DNA from: an uncultured virus (IMG/VR IMGVR_UViG_2786546887_000004)
Taxonomy: Duplodnaviria > Heunggongvirae > Uroviricota > Caudoviricetes
Direction: 5' to 3' (one strand)
DNA: 56,694 nt
IMG/VR virus record: IMGVR_UViG_2786546887_000004
The notes beneath the pieces are model-generated. The model saw only the letters and a program-made list of their open reading frames with translations, was not told the origin of the DNA and searched no databases. A program made the translations under genes and the position numbers. This document shows, piece by piece, positions 1 to 9,468 of the stretch (position 1 is the stretch's first letter; every line of letters starts with the position of its first letter).

Positions 1-179
1 AGCATATCAATTACGTTATTGTCATCATGTTTGAAAAAAGGAATTGTTAGTACCCTATTCTTTACATCAAAAGAAGCGGTCTTAACTTGGTTTTGTAAAA
101 CTTGTATATTTTCTGTTGCAAGTAATTTTGCAAGATTAGATTTTTGAGATTTAATATTTGTATAAGTCTTTTTTGTCAT
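1..179 (-). CDS. N-terminus of conserved T4-like metallopeptidase/CobT-like protein (runs off the window edge)
   Basis: Manual translation MTKKTYTNIKSQKSNLAKLLATENIQVLQNQVKTASFDVKNRVLTIPFF. The LAKLLATEN...TASFDVKNRVL motif is typical of the peptidase next to cobS in marine T4-like phages. Not in the ORF track. Confidence 0.75.
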   Translation of the reverse strand, partial: MTKKTYTNIKSQKSNLAKLLATENIQVLQNQVKTASFDVKNRVLTIPFFKHDDNNVIDM

Positions 180-189
180 AGATACACTT

Positions 190-218
190 ATGCTATACTA
201 TAACGGTTTTTTTCACAA
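190..218 (-). promoter_or_regulatory. Candidate sigma70 early promoter
   Basis: Minus strand TTGTGA-N17-TAGCAT, 10 nt upstream of the ATG at 179. Confidence 0.45.
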
Positions 219-274
219 GCACTAATTGGTACGTGAAATATAGGTTTTTAGGGGTGTGTCAAATTGCGCTTTGA

Positions 275-289
275 GAACAAAACGAGAAC
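275..289. promoter_or_regulatory. Alphaproteobacterial-type LexA (SOS) box
   Basis: GAAC-AAAACGA-GAAC (GAAC-N7-GAAC; minus strand TGTTCTCGTTTTGTTCTC), intergenic. Confidence 0.6.
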
Positions 290-290
290 A

Positions 291-419
291 CTATGGTTTT
301 TTAGTCTTTTTGCGACTCTTCTTCTTTGGTTTCTTAAAAATCGAATCAAAGTTTTTCTTATATTNTTCAGTAGGTATTCGGGATCGACCATCCCATTTTC
401 TTCCTGATTCTTTACTCAT
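291..419 (-). CDS. Small basic hypothetical protein (42 aa)
   Basis: MSKESGRKWDGRSRIPTEXYKKNFDSIFKKPKKKSRKKTKKP*. The start overlaps the MTase stop codon (TAATG). Confidence 0.7.
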   Translation of the reverse strand: MSKESGRKWDGRSRIPTEXYKKNFDSIFKKPKKKSRKKTKKP

Positions 420-1504
420 TACTTTGTGCCTATGAATATAGGTTCGTATTTTCTACCTGGCACATCAGGTCTTGCATTTTCAAAACGACCTATATAGTTG
501 TTCTTTTGTTTTACTATTGTCTCACCTTCTTCTAGTGTATTTTTAGCAGATGTACCTTGTTGTGTAGATAAAGATAACCACCATATTTTCATGTCTTTGA
601 AACCTGCCTCAACCATGCAATCGTAAGTATCTTCTTCAAATGTTTTATATGATTTTACATTAGCAACATTAAAGGCAGCNCATTTACCAGGTTTTAAACC
701 ATGATATGCGTTCTTAATTGTTTGTAATAAGAAACCATTACGCCATTGTTCTTGTACTGGAAACTTCTTAAATGATTGTTCTTCTTCATCACCATACATT
801 TCATGTCCTAAATAAGGTGGACTTGTAAATACAAAATCTAAACTATTTTCTTCAGGTATAAATGTTTCTGATCCTTGTCTTAATAAAGTATATTTTCTAT
901 CTTTATGACCATATTCATCTCTAATCATTTCTAAACCTGAATACGTAGGAACACATGGATCTGTACCTATATAATTAACACCAGCTGCAATCGCACCTAG
1001 TAAACGACCCCCATAACCCATACTAGGATCCCATACCGTACCTGGTTGTTCATTAAATAATGTAGAACCTTTTTCTACAAATATATCATATAAAGTTGCG
1101 GCTGCTGTAGGTCTAAAATTAGAGACCATTTGAGTACCTGAATATCGTCTCAACATTGATCTCATGTCTGATGGTGTAATTTCGTGTGCGTCTTTTTGTT
1201 GAAAGAAAGTGCCTGTAAGTATCTTGTTAATACCTTTTTCTAAATGTTCTTCATCTTCCCATATCTCCATAGGTGTCTTCATCTTACCACACTTTATTCC
1301 CCAAGCGTGTTTCATATAAGACCATGCAAGAGATAATCCGTGTGTTGATTGACCTATAATATTATGAGTTCTATCCCAAAGATTTTCTCTTTTAAATTCT
1401 GATAATGACGAATATTCTTTATCACGCCATTTTTTATCTTCAGAATAATAAGGAAATCCTTTGTTATCTTTCCAATCTCTAATTACTTCTTTTGCGTTTG
1501 ACAT
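419..1504 (-). CDS. SAM-dependent DNA amino-methyltransferase (m4C/m6A type)
   Basis: Motif I DPSMGYGGRLLG followed by catalytic motif IV FTSPPY. Confidence 0.8.
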   Translation of the reverse strand: MSNAKEVIRDWKDNKGFPYYSEDKKWRDKEYSSLSEFKRENLWDRTHNIIGQSTHGLSLAWSYMKHAWGIKCGKMKTPMEIWEDEEHLEKGINKILTGTFFQQKDAHEITPSDMRSMLRRYSGTQMVSNFRPTAAATLYDIFVEKGSTLFNEQPGTVWDPSMGYGGRLLGAIAAGVNYIGTDPCVPTYSGLEMIRDEYGHKDRKYTLLRQGSETFIPEENSLDFVFTSPPYLGHEMYGDEEEQSFKKFPVQEQWRNGFLLQTIKNAYHGLKPGKXAAFNVANVKSYKTFEEDTYDCMVEAGFKDMKIWWLSLSTQQGTSAKNTLEEGETIVKQKNNYIGRFENARPDVPGRKYEPIFIGTK

Positions 1505-1913
1505 AAACTAAACCAGGGAGTGTGCCTTTTGCCCAACTTGTTTTCCCCACTTTCTTCATTCCTATGCTATCATAAAATCCACACGCTGTCAAGTTGTCTG
1601 ATCTTACTGATAAATAAACATCTCTAGGACACCATTCGAAGAAAGCTCTCATTATAGATCGAGCATTACCATCACCTGGATACTCACTTGCTATTTGATG
1701 TAATACGGTGTCGCCTTTTCTTAAATTAACATCACCTATTTTCTGTTGTCTTTTACAATGATGAAAAGTTATAATTACGCAATCCTCATAAATGATTTGT
1801 TGTTTATCAATCATTCTTTTCATGTAATCTGTTCTTACATGAGGAAACCATTTCTTATGTTTATAGAAAATTTCTTTTATTTTTTGAAAATCAGACTTTT
1901 GCGCTAATAACAT
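1479..1913 (-). CDS. GNAT-family acetyltransferase
   Basis: LHQIASEYPGDGNA (motif A) and LSVRSDNLTACGFYDSIGM (motif B). Confidence 0.8.
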   Translation of the reverse strand: MLLAQKSDFQKIKEIFYKHKKWFPHVRTDYMKRMIDKQQIIYEDCVIITFHHCKRQQKIGDVNLRKGDTVLHQIASEYPGDGNARSIMRAFFEWCPRDVYLSVRSDNLTACGFYDSIGMKKVGKTSWAKGTLPGLVYVKRKRSN

Positions 1914-2505
1914 TTTCTAACCTTGGATTCATATAACAATCTATAACTAAATGTAGTCTATCATAATCCTCANAATTGTCAACAGCATGAGGTTTAGATA
2001 CATCTACATAGTAATATTTACCTTGTTCTAAATTATAACTATGTGCGTTCTTACCTTTCCATAATGTCATACTTACTTTAGGTCCTGTTTTTAGAGGAAC
2101 ATGAAGCCTTACTAATTTGCCTTCTTTAATTGACTTATCTACCTTATCTGTATGTTTAGATATTTTAGTGCCTGATCTTAATCTCATTACTCTTACTCTC
2201 TCAAACTCAGCAGGTATATGAGACAATATCTCTTTAATAGGTAATAATTCNCTTTGTTCATATAAGTGAGTCCATCTTAAACCTTTATCTGTGCCTTCAG
2301 TTTTTAGAACACCTGGTTTTAAAATATCTTCTACCTCATCACTATAACCTCTAATAGATATTGCTTGCCATTGTTCTTTCTTATTNAATTTTGTTTTTAC
2401 AGCAGAGTATTTACTTAAACTATTTAAATAATTTACAGCTGTATTGAGTTCTTGTTTATAATCAGGTAAGTCTAATTGTTTTACGGTTAGTTCTTTATTA
2501 TACAT
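1891..2505 (-). CDS. Aspartyl/asparaginyl beta-hydroxylase-like Fe(II)/2OG oxygenase
   Basis: RVRVMRL...ISKHTD...RLHVPL...PHAVDN...RLHLVID. Confidence 0.8.
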   Translation of the reverse strand: MYNKELTVKQLDLPDYKQELNTAVNYLNSLSKYSAVKTKXNKKEQWQAISIRGYSDEVEDILKPGVLKTEGTDKGLRWTHLYEQXELLPIKEILSHIPAEFERVRVMRLRSGTKISKHTDKVDKSIKEGKLVRLHVPLKTGPKVSMTLWKGKNAHSYNLEQGKYYYVDVSKPHAVDNXEDYDRLHLVIDCYMNPRLENVISAKV

Positions 2506-3121
2506 TTGTTACCACCAGGTTATAACTAATTGCTATTCTGCTTTTAGTTTTATTATGAAATACACTATGCACTACATCTGATCTCCACATTGCATTTAGA
2601 CCAGTTCTTGCAGGACAATGTACCTTATCTATATTTAATATGTTCTTTTGTTTCACTGGCATATTTTGCCATATATCTCCCCATACTTCAGGTTTATAAA
2701 ATACTAAAGGGCTTGAACCCTCGTCAGCGTGTACATAAAAATTACCACTTACTTGACAATAAGGGTGATGTACATGATGAGGATGTGATCCGCCCTCATA
2801 CATTTCAGATACCCAAGCATTAGTAGCGATAATTTTAATTTTAGTTGTATCTATACCACACTCATCTAAATAAGATACACACTCATTACCTACAAAATTT
2901 CTAAATTCTTTCCAAGGTTCTTCCTCTATTAAGAATAGATTTTTATCCTCTTCAAAAAAACTTGTTTTACCACAAGGATAACTATTATGATCTTTACACT
3001 TACTTAATATTTCTTTACTAGGATTAAGAAGTCTAGTAGCCAAATCTTTGTTTTCATTAAACCTTGCTGCTACNGAAAATATAGATTTAGTTTTTACTTT
3101 TGATTTGTTATCTGTTGCCAT
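2498..3121 (-). CDS. Putative Fe(II)/2OG oxygenase (TIGR02466-like)
   Basis: AWVS...HPHHVH...SGNFYV...HSV...RIAISYN. Confidence 0.8.
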   Translation of the reverse strand: MATDNKSKVKTKSIFXVAARFNENKDLATRLLNPSKEILSKCKDHNSYPCGKTSFFEEDKNLFLIEEEPWKEFRNFVGNECVSYLDECGIDTTKIKIIATNAWVSEMYEGGSHPHHVHHPYCQVSGNFYVHADEGSSPLVFYKPEVWGDIWQNMPVKQKNILNIDKVHCPARTGLNAMWRSDVVHSVFHNKTKSRIAISYNLVVTNV

Positions 3122-3651
3122 TGTCTTTTTACTTTCTTAACCACATTGTCTCTTTTTTTCATTGCAAATTGTAATTTAAATTTACTTACTTTTTCTGTAA
3201 ATACAATACCTTGCATATGATCAAATTCATGTTGATATATTCGAGCAGGCATGCCTGTTAAGTTCTCTTCAACCTTTTTCATATTCTCATCATAGTAAAC
3301 TACTGCTACTGCTCTAGGTCTTTCTATATCTATAAACAAATAAGGAAAGGTTAAACAACCTTCTTTATATTTTATTGTTTCTTTACTATAACCTTTTATT
3401 TCTGGATTATAACATACCCATTTTTTACCCTCTTTTATATTAGGGTGATCACCCATTACAAACATTCTATATGGTTTACCACATTGATTTGCTGATAGAC
3501 CTATGCCACCATATTTTTTCATAGTCTCAAACATATTGNCTGCAAATTCTTTAGTTGTANTCTTCTCTTGTTCTTTAAAGACTTTTTCATCAAACGGTGC
3601 TATAGATGATAACACTCTTGGATCAGTAGGTGGTATTAAATCGTATGTCAT
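3094..3651 (-). CDS. def: Peptide deformylase
   Basis: The three PDF motifs GGIGLSANQ, EGCLT and QHEFDH. Confidence 0.95.
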   Translation of the reverse strand: MTYDLIPPTDPRVLSSIAPFDEKVFKEQEKXTTKEFAXNMFETMKKYGGIGLSANQCGKPYRMFVMGDHPNIKEGKKWVCYNPEIKGYSKETIKYKEGCLTFPYLFIDIERPRAVAVVYYDENMKKVEENLTGMPARIYQHEFDHMQGIVFTEKVSKFKLQFAMKKRDNVVKKVKRQWQQITNQK

Positions 3652-5357
3652 TGTAACCTTGTAAAGTTTTTATATTTTTCAAATTTTATTATATTAGTNA
3701 ATTTATCAAACATTATATCTCCTTTATGAGATATGATAAATGTATTTTCTGTTGTAAGTTGTTTTAGTATTTTAAAAAAGTCATCTGTTCCTGTTGAATC
3801 CAAGGATGAGTCAAAGACCTCATCTAAAATTAGTAAATTGGTATTGGTACTATTTTTCATCTTTGCAATAGTTCGCCATGTAAATAATAATGCAAGGTCT
3901 ATTCTTAATTTTTCACCCTCACTAAAACTATTATAATTAAAGGTATCTCTAAATCTACTTTTAATTGTTTCGTTAAACTCTTCATCTAAATGAAAGTTAA
4001 CAAAGAAATCCATAGATTGTAAATATTTATTTATTAGTTGATTCATTATAGGCAGATACTTCTTAATAATTTTTGCTTTGACACCTGTATCATTTAATAT
4101 CTCTCTAGCAATGTCAATGTATTTTTTCTCTTCTACTACTTTTTGTTTTTGTACATCTACATCTTTTAATTCGTTTTTAATATTTTCTAATTCAAAAGCG
4201 ACCTTATCAGAGTTCTTTTTCTCTACTTCTAGTTTTGCAATCTCATCATTTAATCTATTTGATTGTCTATTGATAGAATCGATAGAGGTATTAATTTTTG
4301 CAACCTCTACATTTAGGTCACTTAACTTTTCAGATAGTATATTTAATTCATTTACTTTTGTTTCGTTTTTAGCTACCTCACTTAATAAATCTTTTAGACC
4401 AGACTCTAATTTACCTATCTTTGTTTTTTCGTGTTCACATTTTTGTGCTTTAAAACCTGCTTCTATTTGTTGTGTACAAGTAGGACAAGTATTGTTTTTT
4501 TCAAAAAATTCTAGTGTCTTTTTATGATTTGAAATATTTGTTTCTATCTTTGTTTCTAATTTTGCAAGTTGAGTTGCCTTTTTATCATGTTCATCTTTAT
4601 GCCATAGTTTTTGTTTCTTACTAATAATTTCTTCATTTATTTTTTCTAATTTATCTTTGTAAACTAGATTGTCTTTATGGTTATCAGCAATTAGTTTTCT
4701 TTTATCTTCTAAATCAGCATTGTCTCTATCAAGTACTTGTTCAAAGTGTTTCTTTTGCATATCATATTTTTCGGTCATCAAGTTGTATTTAACTTTAACA
4801 TCTTGTACTGATTTTGCTAACTCACCTTGTTTCGCTCTTAACAATAAATCCATATGAGTAAAAACTCTTATGTCTAATATTTCTTCTACGACCTCTCTTC
4901 TATATCTTGCTCTTAGGTGCATAAAAGGTTCATATGAAGAAGAACCTAAAATTACTACTTGACAAAAGGCACGATAATTACATTTTAAAATATTACTCTC
5001 TAATGTGTTTTGATAATCTACAGCAGAGGCGTCTTGGTTTATTAAAACATTGTTATTATAAATTTCAAATATATTTGGTTTAATACCTCTTATAACTTTA
5101 TATTCATTATTACCTATTTTAAATTCTATTTGTATTTCACAATCATTTTGATTTATTGTGTTTACAAGTTGTTCTTTTTTAATATCTCTAAAAGGTCTAT
5201 TAAATAAAACAAAGCATAATGCGTCTAGTAAAGTTGATTTACCTGATCCATTTGCACCTACGATTAATGTAGATGGCGACTTTTGTAAATCTACTTCTAT
5301 AAATTGATTNCCTGTGGAAAGAAAGTTCTTCCATCTAATCTTTTTAAAATATATCAT
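3648..5357 (-). CDS. gp46: Recombination endonuclease subunit gp46 (SbcC/Rad50-like ATPase)
   Basis: Walker A GANGSGKST, zinc hook CPTC, coiled coil, FSEGEK signature, LILDEVFDS Walker B. Confidence 0.97.
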   Translation of the reverse strand: MIYFKKIRWKNFLSTXNQFIEVDLQKSPSTLIVGANGSGKSTLLDALCFVLFNRPFRDIKKEQLVNTINQNDCEIQIEFKIGNNEYKVIRGIKPNIFEIYNNNVLINQDASAVDYQNTLESNILKCNYRAFCQVVILGSSSYEPFMHLRARYRREVVEEILDIRVFTHMDLLLRAKQGELAKSVQDVKVKYNLMTEKYDMQKKHFEQVLDRDNADLEDKRKLIADNHKDNLVYKDKLEKINEEIISKKQKLWHKDEHDKKATQLAKLETKIETNISNHKKTLEFFEKNNTCPTCTQQIEAGFKAQKCEHEKTKIGKLESGLKDLLSEVAKNETKVNELNILSEKLSDLNVEVAKINTSIDSINRQSNRLNDEIAKLEVEKKNSDKVAFELENIKNELKDVDVQKQKVVEEKKYIDIAREILNDTGVKAKIIKKYLPIMNQLINKYLQSMDFFVNFHLDEEFNETIKSRFRDTFNYNSFSEGEKLRIDLALLFTWRTIAKMKNSTNTNLLILDEVFDSSLDSTGTDDFFKILKQLTTENTFIISHKGDIMFDKXTNIIKFEKYKNFTRLQ

Positions 5358-5947
5358 TCTTTAATTATTATATCAAAACTAATAGACATTCTTTCTTCGT
5401 CTGTTCTACTAGGCTCTACAAAGTGTTCAAGGAAAGAAGGCCATAATAATAATGAGCCGTCTTGTATTGTATCTATTGTTTTAAGTTCACTACCATCAAA
5501 TCTTTCATTAAAAAAAGCATTACTCATGGCTGCAGGTCGAGGGTCTTTAAATCCTATTCTACCTGAATCTTTAGGATATTTTATATAGTATATTCCTGAA
5601 AAGTGAAAATGGCCATGTTGATGTATTATATTCCAATCACCTCTTTGATTTATACTCATCCATATTTGAGGTATCTCAATCTTTTTAATACCTAATTCTA
5701 ATGTTTTTAGAACATCAAATATTTCATCACATAAAGGTTTAGTTTCTTTGTTAGGGTCTAGTAAATCACTTTGCCAACCACCAACATTTGATTTTCTAAC
5801 ACCTTTATCTTTTTCTTTTAATCCTAACCCATAAGAAAATAAATCATCATTATAGTTTACTCTTGTTGGGTGTGTCTTAAATTCTTTTAGTACTACATGC
5901 CATAAGGGTGTAGTCCACCAATAGTTCTTTTCAATTTTTCTGTGCAT
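5354..5947 (-). CDS. Putative Fe(II)/2OG oxygenase (TIGR02466-like)
   Basis: SNVGGWQS, HQH...SGIYY, WPSFLEHFV...RMSISF. Confidence 0.85.
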   Translation of the reverse strand: MHRKIEKNYWWTTPLWHVVLKEFKTHPTRVNYNDDLFSYGLGLKEKDKGVRKSNVGGWQSDLLDPNKETKPLCDEIFDVLKTLELGIKKIEIPQIWMSINQRGDWNIIHQHGHFHFSGIYYIKYPKDSGRIGFKDPRPAAMSNAFFNERFDGSELKTIDTIQDGSLLLWPSFLEHFVEPSRTDEERMSISFDIIIKE

Positions 5948-6630
5948 TAGAAATAAAACTCATGTTGCCTATTTTTAGGATCGCCCATGCCTGTTGCTGT
6001 TTGTAAATTTTCTTTATTTACAATAAATATGTTGCCTGATACACTTACTCTTTCAACATCTGTATGAAATGGTATTACATAGTGTTCAAGTAAAGAAGGA
6101 AACATAATAAGTAGATTTTTTTTAGGTTGAAACCATCTTTGTTGAGTTGTCCATTTTCTATCAGGCGCTGATGGTTCACCAAAAGAGAACCCTACGTTAC
6201 CTGGTAGATTTGATCTTGCCACGTGATTTTTATATTCTTCGCTTAAATCTACATCATTTAAAAAATAAACAAAAGAATAATCATCACCATGATTGTGCAT
6301 AGGATTTACCTCATGTTTTTTCATAAAGTTTACCCACAATACTCTTGCGCCCCACTCTAATTTCTTTGGTGTTAATTTATGAAAATCACAATGTATATTT
6401 CTATATTGTGAAAAGACAGGATTAAATCTTCTATAAAATTCTTCTCTTATTTTATCAGGAAAATAATATTGTTCTTTTAATTGACCTGCTAAATTTTTAT
6501 TAGCAGATAACTCTTCGTTACCTCGTACTTTATTTGCCTCTTCTAATAACCAATCAGTTAACTCTTCTGGCATTTCAAAGGTCGCTAATAAAGGACCGAA
6601 AGCATGAATATCATATTTTTTCAAACTCAT
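5947..6630 (-). CDS. Putative Fe(II)/2OG oxygenase
   Basis: WVNF...NPMHNH...FPSLLEHYVIPF...RVSVSGN. Confidence 0.85.
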   Translation of the reverse strand: MSLKKYDIHAFGPLLATFEMPEELTDWLLEEANKVRGNEELSANKNLAGQLKEQYYFPDKIREEFYRRFNPVFSQYRNIHCDFHKLTPKKLEWGARVLWVNFMKKHEVNPMHNHGDDYSFVYFLNDVDLSEEYKNHVARSNLPGNVGFSFGEPSAPDRKWTTQQRWFQPKKNLLIMFPSLLEHYVIPFHTDVERVSVSGNIFIVNKENLQTATGMGDPKNRQHEFYF

Positions 6631-6920
6631 TATTCTATTATACCTTGTATTTCTGTTTCAGGTGTTAAGTAGTAAGTTTTATTATCAACTTTAATTTCTC
6701 TAACAGAGTGATAAGTAAATTTAACTTTGTCACCTTGTTTAACCGTCATAGGTATTCGTGTGCCTTTTGGTGTTTTTAGGCCAAGACCAACTGCAACAGC
6801 AATACCCTCATCAGGTTTTGCTACGTTAGTCATAATTATACCACCTTTTGTTTTGTCTTCAGTTTTTTGTTCAACATCAATTAATACTAAATTATTTAAT
6901 GGTTGAAAGTTTATTGCCAT
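6630..6920 (-). CDS. groES: Co-chaperonin GroES (Cpn10)
   Basis: QPLNNLVLI, mobile loop KTKGGII, AVAVGLG, VKQGDKV; 96 aa. Confidence 0.92.
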   Translation of the reverse strand: MAINFQPLNNLVLIDVEQKTEDKTKGGIIMTNVAKPDEGIAVAVGLGLKTPKGTRIPMTVKQGDKVKFTYHSVREIKVDNKTYYLTPETEIQGIIE

Positions 6921-6923
6921 ATT

Positions 6924-7985
6924 TTATACCTCACTTGCTTCGACATATATAGATTTTAAATATTCTTTTAATTTTTGTTTACTTACATCTGTTTCTAATT
7001 GATCTACATAGTTATGTAGGAATGTAAGTGTATCTTCACCCATTTCTATTACATCATCTTTTACGGACGCCTTAATATCAGAGTAATCTTCTATAATATT
7101 TAAATCATAAACCGTTATATCATTATACAACTTTTCTACAAAATTGTCAAACATCTCTTCATTTGTCTTATTTAATACAACTAATTTTATGAAGTGTTTA
7201 TTATATTCTGTAATATCTAATGTATTATAATCCTTTTTAGAATCATCATAAATTATCTTTTTGTGTATTGTTCTAGGATTAATTATTCTTTCTAACTCTC
7301 TTGTTTCTGTATCGAAAATATGAAAACCTTTTGGGTCTTTATAGTCTGACCAGGTTTGTTCNTATTGAGCACCACAATAATAAATGTGACCATCATCTGT
7401 ATGTTTATGAAAATGACCTGATACAACCTTTTCAAATCTTTTAAACTCTGATTTTTCATGGCCGTATTGATTAATAACTCCGTTTTGCATTTCAATACCT
7501 TTTACTTCTAAATGACCAAACACTAAATCTGCTTTTGCTGTTCTTATCTTTTCATAAGACTCTTCTTTATTATCATCACATATCCAAGGTAAAAATAAAA
7601 TAGGCAGACCATCAAACTCTACAACTTTAGGTCTAGTGTAAATGTATGGTTCATTGATACCATCAAAACTTGTATATAAGTTTTCTACTGCGTTTACTTC
7701 ATTTGTATTTTTAAAATAAGTATCGTGGTTACCTATGATAATATGAGTATCTATTTTTTCTTTCCACAATACATCAAAAAACTCTCTTCTAAAGATCGCA
7801 GCTGTTTGGTGGTTGATAAACTTTCTTCTATCAACTACATCACCTAAATGTATTAGTGTTTTTATATTATGTTCTTTTAAGTAAGGAAAAAATTGATCTC
7901 TGTAAAAGTCAACCTGATAGTTTCTAAATGCTTCACTATCATTTCTTACACCAAAGTGAGTGTCGTTAAGTATTGCTATTTTCAT
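6924..7985 (-). CDS. gp47: Recombination endonuclease subunit gp47 (SbcD/Mre11-like)
   Basis: DTHFG, GDVVDRRK, GNHD and SGHFH phosphoesterase motifs. Confidence 0.97.
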   Translation of the reverse strand: MKIAILNDTHFGVRNDSEAFRNYQVDFYRDQFFPYLKEHNIKTLIHLGDVVDRRKFINHQTAAIFRREFFDVLWKEKIDTHIIIGNHDTYFKNTNEVNAVENLYTSFDGINEPYIYTRPKVVEFDGLPILFLPWICDDNKEESYEKIRTAKADLVFGHLEVKGIEMQNGVINQYGHEKSEFKRFEKVVSGHFHKHTDDGHIYYCGAQXEQTWSDYKDPKGFHIFDTETRELERIINPRTIHKKIIYDDSKKDYNTLDITEYNKHFIKLVVLNKTNEEMFDNFVEKLYNDITVYDLNIIEDYSDIKASVKDDVIEMGEDTLTFLHNYVDQLETDVSKQKLKEYLKSIYVEASEV

Positions 7986-9468
7986 TTTGTAAATAATCTA
8001 TTTGTTGGTTTAGTGTTTCTTTNCCACTTCTTAATTTCATAAGGTATTGTTTGTGACCCATAATTGGACATTGTTTATTCATAGGATCAGTTTTAAATGT
8101 TTTAATGTGATGATCTACTTCTTTTTTAACAACATTTTTATTGTGTTCGACTAGCATATCGTATTCTCTTTTAAGTGAGTCTATATTTGCTAATTCTAAT
8201 TCTTTTAATAATACTGCAAAGTTTTGAGCATTAAATAATACATAGTCTGTTTTAAAATCTTCTTTTATAGGCATTCTATCTGACCATTTATCTAAATTGT
8301 GTTTTAATGAATCAGGTAAATTAACTTTAAGTTCTTTCCAAAATTTACTATCATTTCTTTTTACAATATAGTGTAATAAAACAAAGTCTCTAATGTTCTC
8401 TACAATATGTCCTACTTTTGTATTGTATTGATCTATATCTGTTTGTTTGTAATTAATTAAAGTGTGCATTAATAAAAAAGATTGTTGAATAGAAGTTCCT
8501 ATTGATGACGCCTCTAATGGTTCTATAAAACTAGCACATAGACCCATTGCAACACAATTACCTATCCATGGTCTATCTAACGCACCTGCGTCAAACTTAA
8601 TATTCTTTGCAACATTAACTTTAAATCCTAAATAATCTTCACATTCTTTTTGTGCTTGTTCAGCATTTATATATCTGTTATCGAAAACATAACCATTACC
8701 CCAACGACCGTATGTCGGTATACGCCACATCCAACCTGAAGACATTGCCTTTGCAAGTGTATATGGCGTATATTCATCCGTGTCAGGAGTAGGAAAGGCT
8801 ATTGCCTCATTCATAGGCAGATAGTCTTTGTATGAAACCCACTTTGCACCTAATTTAGATATTAAGTATTTTTTAAATCCTGTACAATCAATATAAAAAT
8901 CTGATTCGTACCAACCCTTATCACCTCTAATTCTTTTGATACCATGATTGTCTGTTTCAACATCTGTAATATCATCTGTGTGTACTTCGATACCAAAGTC
9001 CTTACATTTTTTTAATAAGAAAGTGTTTAGTTTATGTGTGTTGAAATGAAATTGTGATGGTATATAATTAGGTAGTACTTCGTTATTAAAACAATGACCT
9101 GAGGTATATTCATCAGGTTTAAGTTTATTAATTGTTGCGTAAGCATAACCAGCATAGTATTGACCTAAAGCAACTTTATGTAGTTCATTTGTAATATTAT
9201 GAAAATATGGTTCTTTAGTCCAGTCTTCAAACATAATACCATATTTAAATGTTGCGTCTGTTTCTAATAAAAGTTCTTTTAAAGGAACACCTATAAATTC
9301 CATAAAGTCTTTCCAGTGTTCAGTAGAACCTTCACCTACGCCTATGATACCTATGTTGTCAGATTTAACAACCTCTATATTTAATTTTTCAAATCTAGCT
9401 TTAAGAACAAGAGCAGATACAAGACCTGCTGTTCCACCACCTAGTACCGTTATTTTATTGACCGACAT
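7966..9468 (-). CDS. Flavin-dependent (tryptophan-type, PrnA-like) halogenase
   Basis: GGGTAG, GVGEGS, ATFK (catalytic Lys), GWMWRIP, FIEPLEAS. Start reassigned to MSVNKIT at 9468. Confidence 0.92.
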   Translation of the reverse strand: MSVNKITVLGGGTAGLVSALVLKARFEKLNIEVVKSDNIGIIGVGEGSTEHWKDFMEFIGVPLKELLLETDATFKYGIMFEDWTKEPYFHNITNELHKVALGQYYAGYAYATINKLKPDEYTSGHCFNNEVLPNYIPSQFHFNTHKLNTFLLKKCKDFGIEVHTDDITDVETDNHGIKRIRGDKGWYESDFYIDCTGFKKYLISKLGAKWVSYKDYLPMNEAIAFPTPDTDEYTPYTLAKAMSSGWMWRIPTYGRWGNGYVFDNRYINAEQAQKECEDYLGFKVNVAKNIKFDAGALDRPWIGNCVAMGLCASFIEPLEASSIGTSIQQSFLLMHTLINYKQTDIDQYNTKVGHIVENIRDFVLLHYIVKRNDSKFWKELKVNLPDSLKHNLDKWSDRMPIKEDFKTDYVLFNAQNFAVLLKELELANIDSLKREYDMLVEHNKNVVKKEVDHHIKTFKTDPMNKQCPIMGHKQYLMKLRSXKETLNQQIDYLQNENSNT

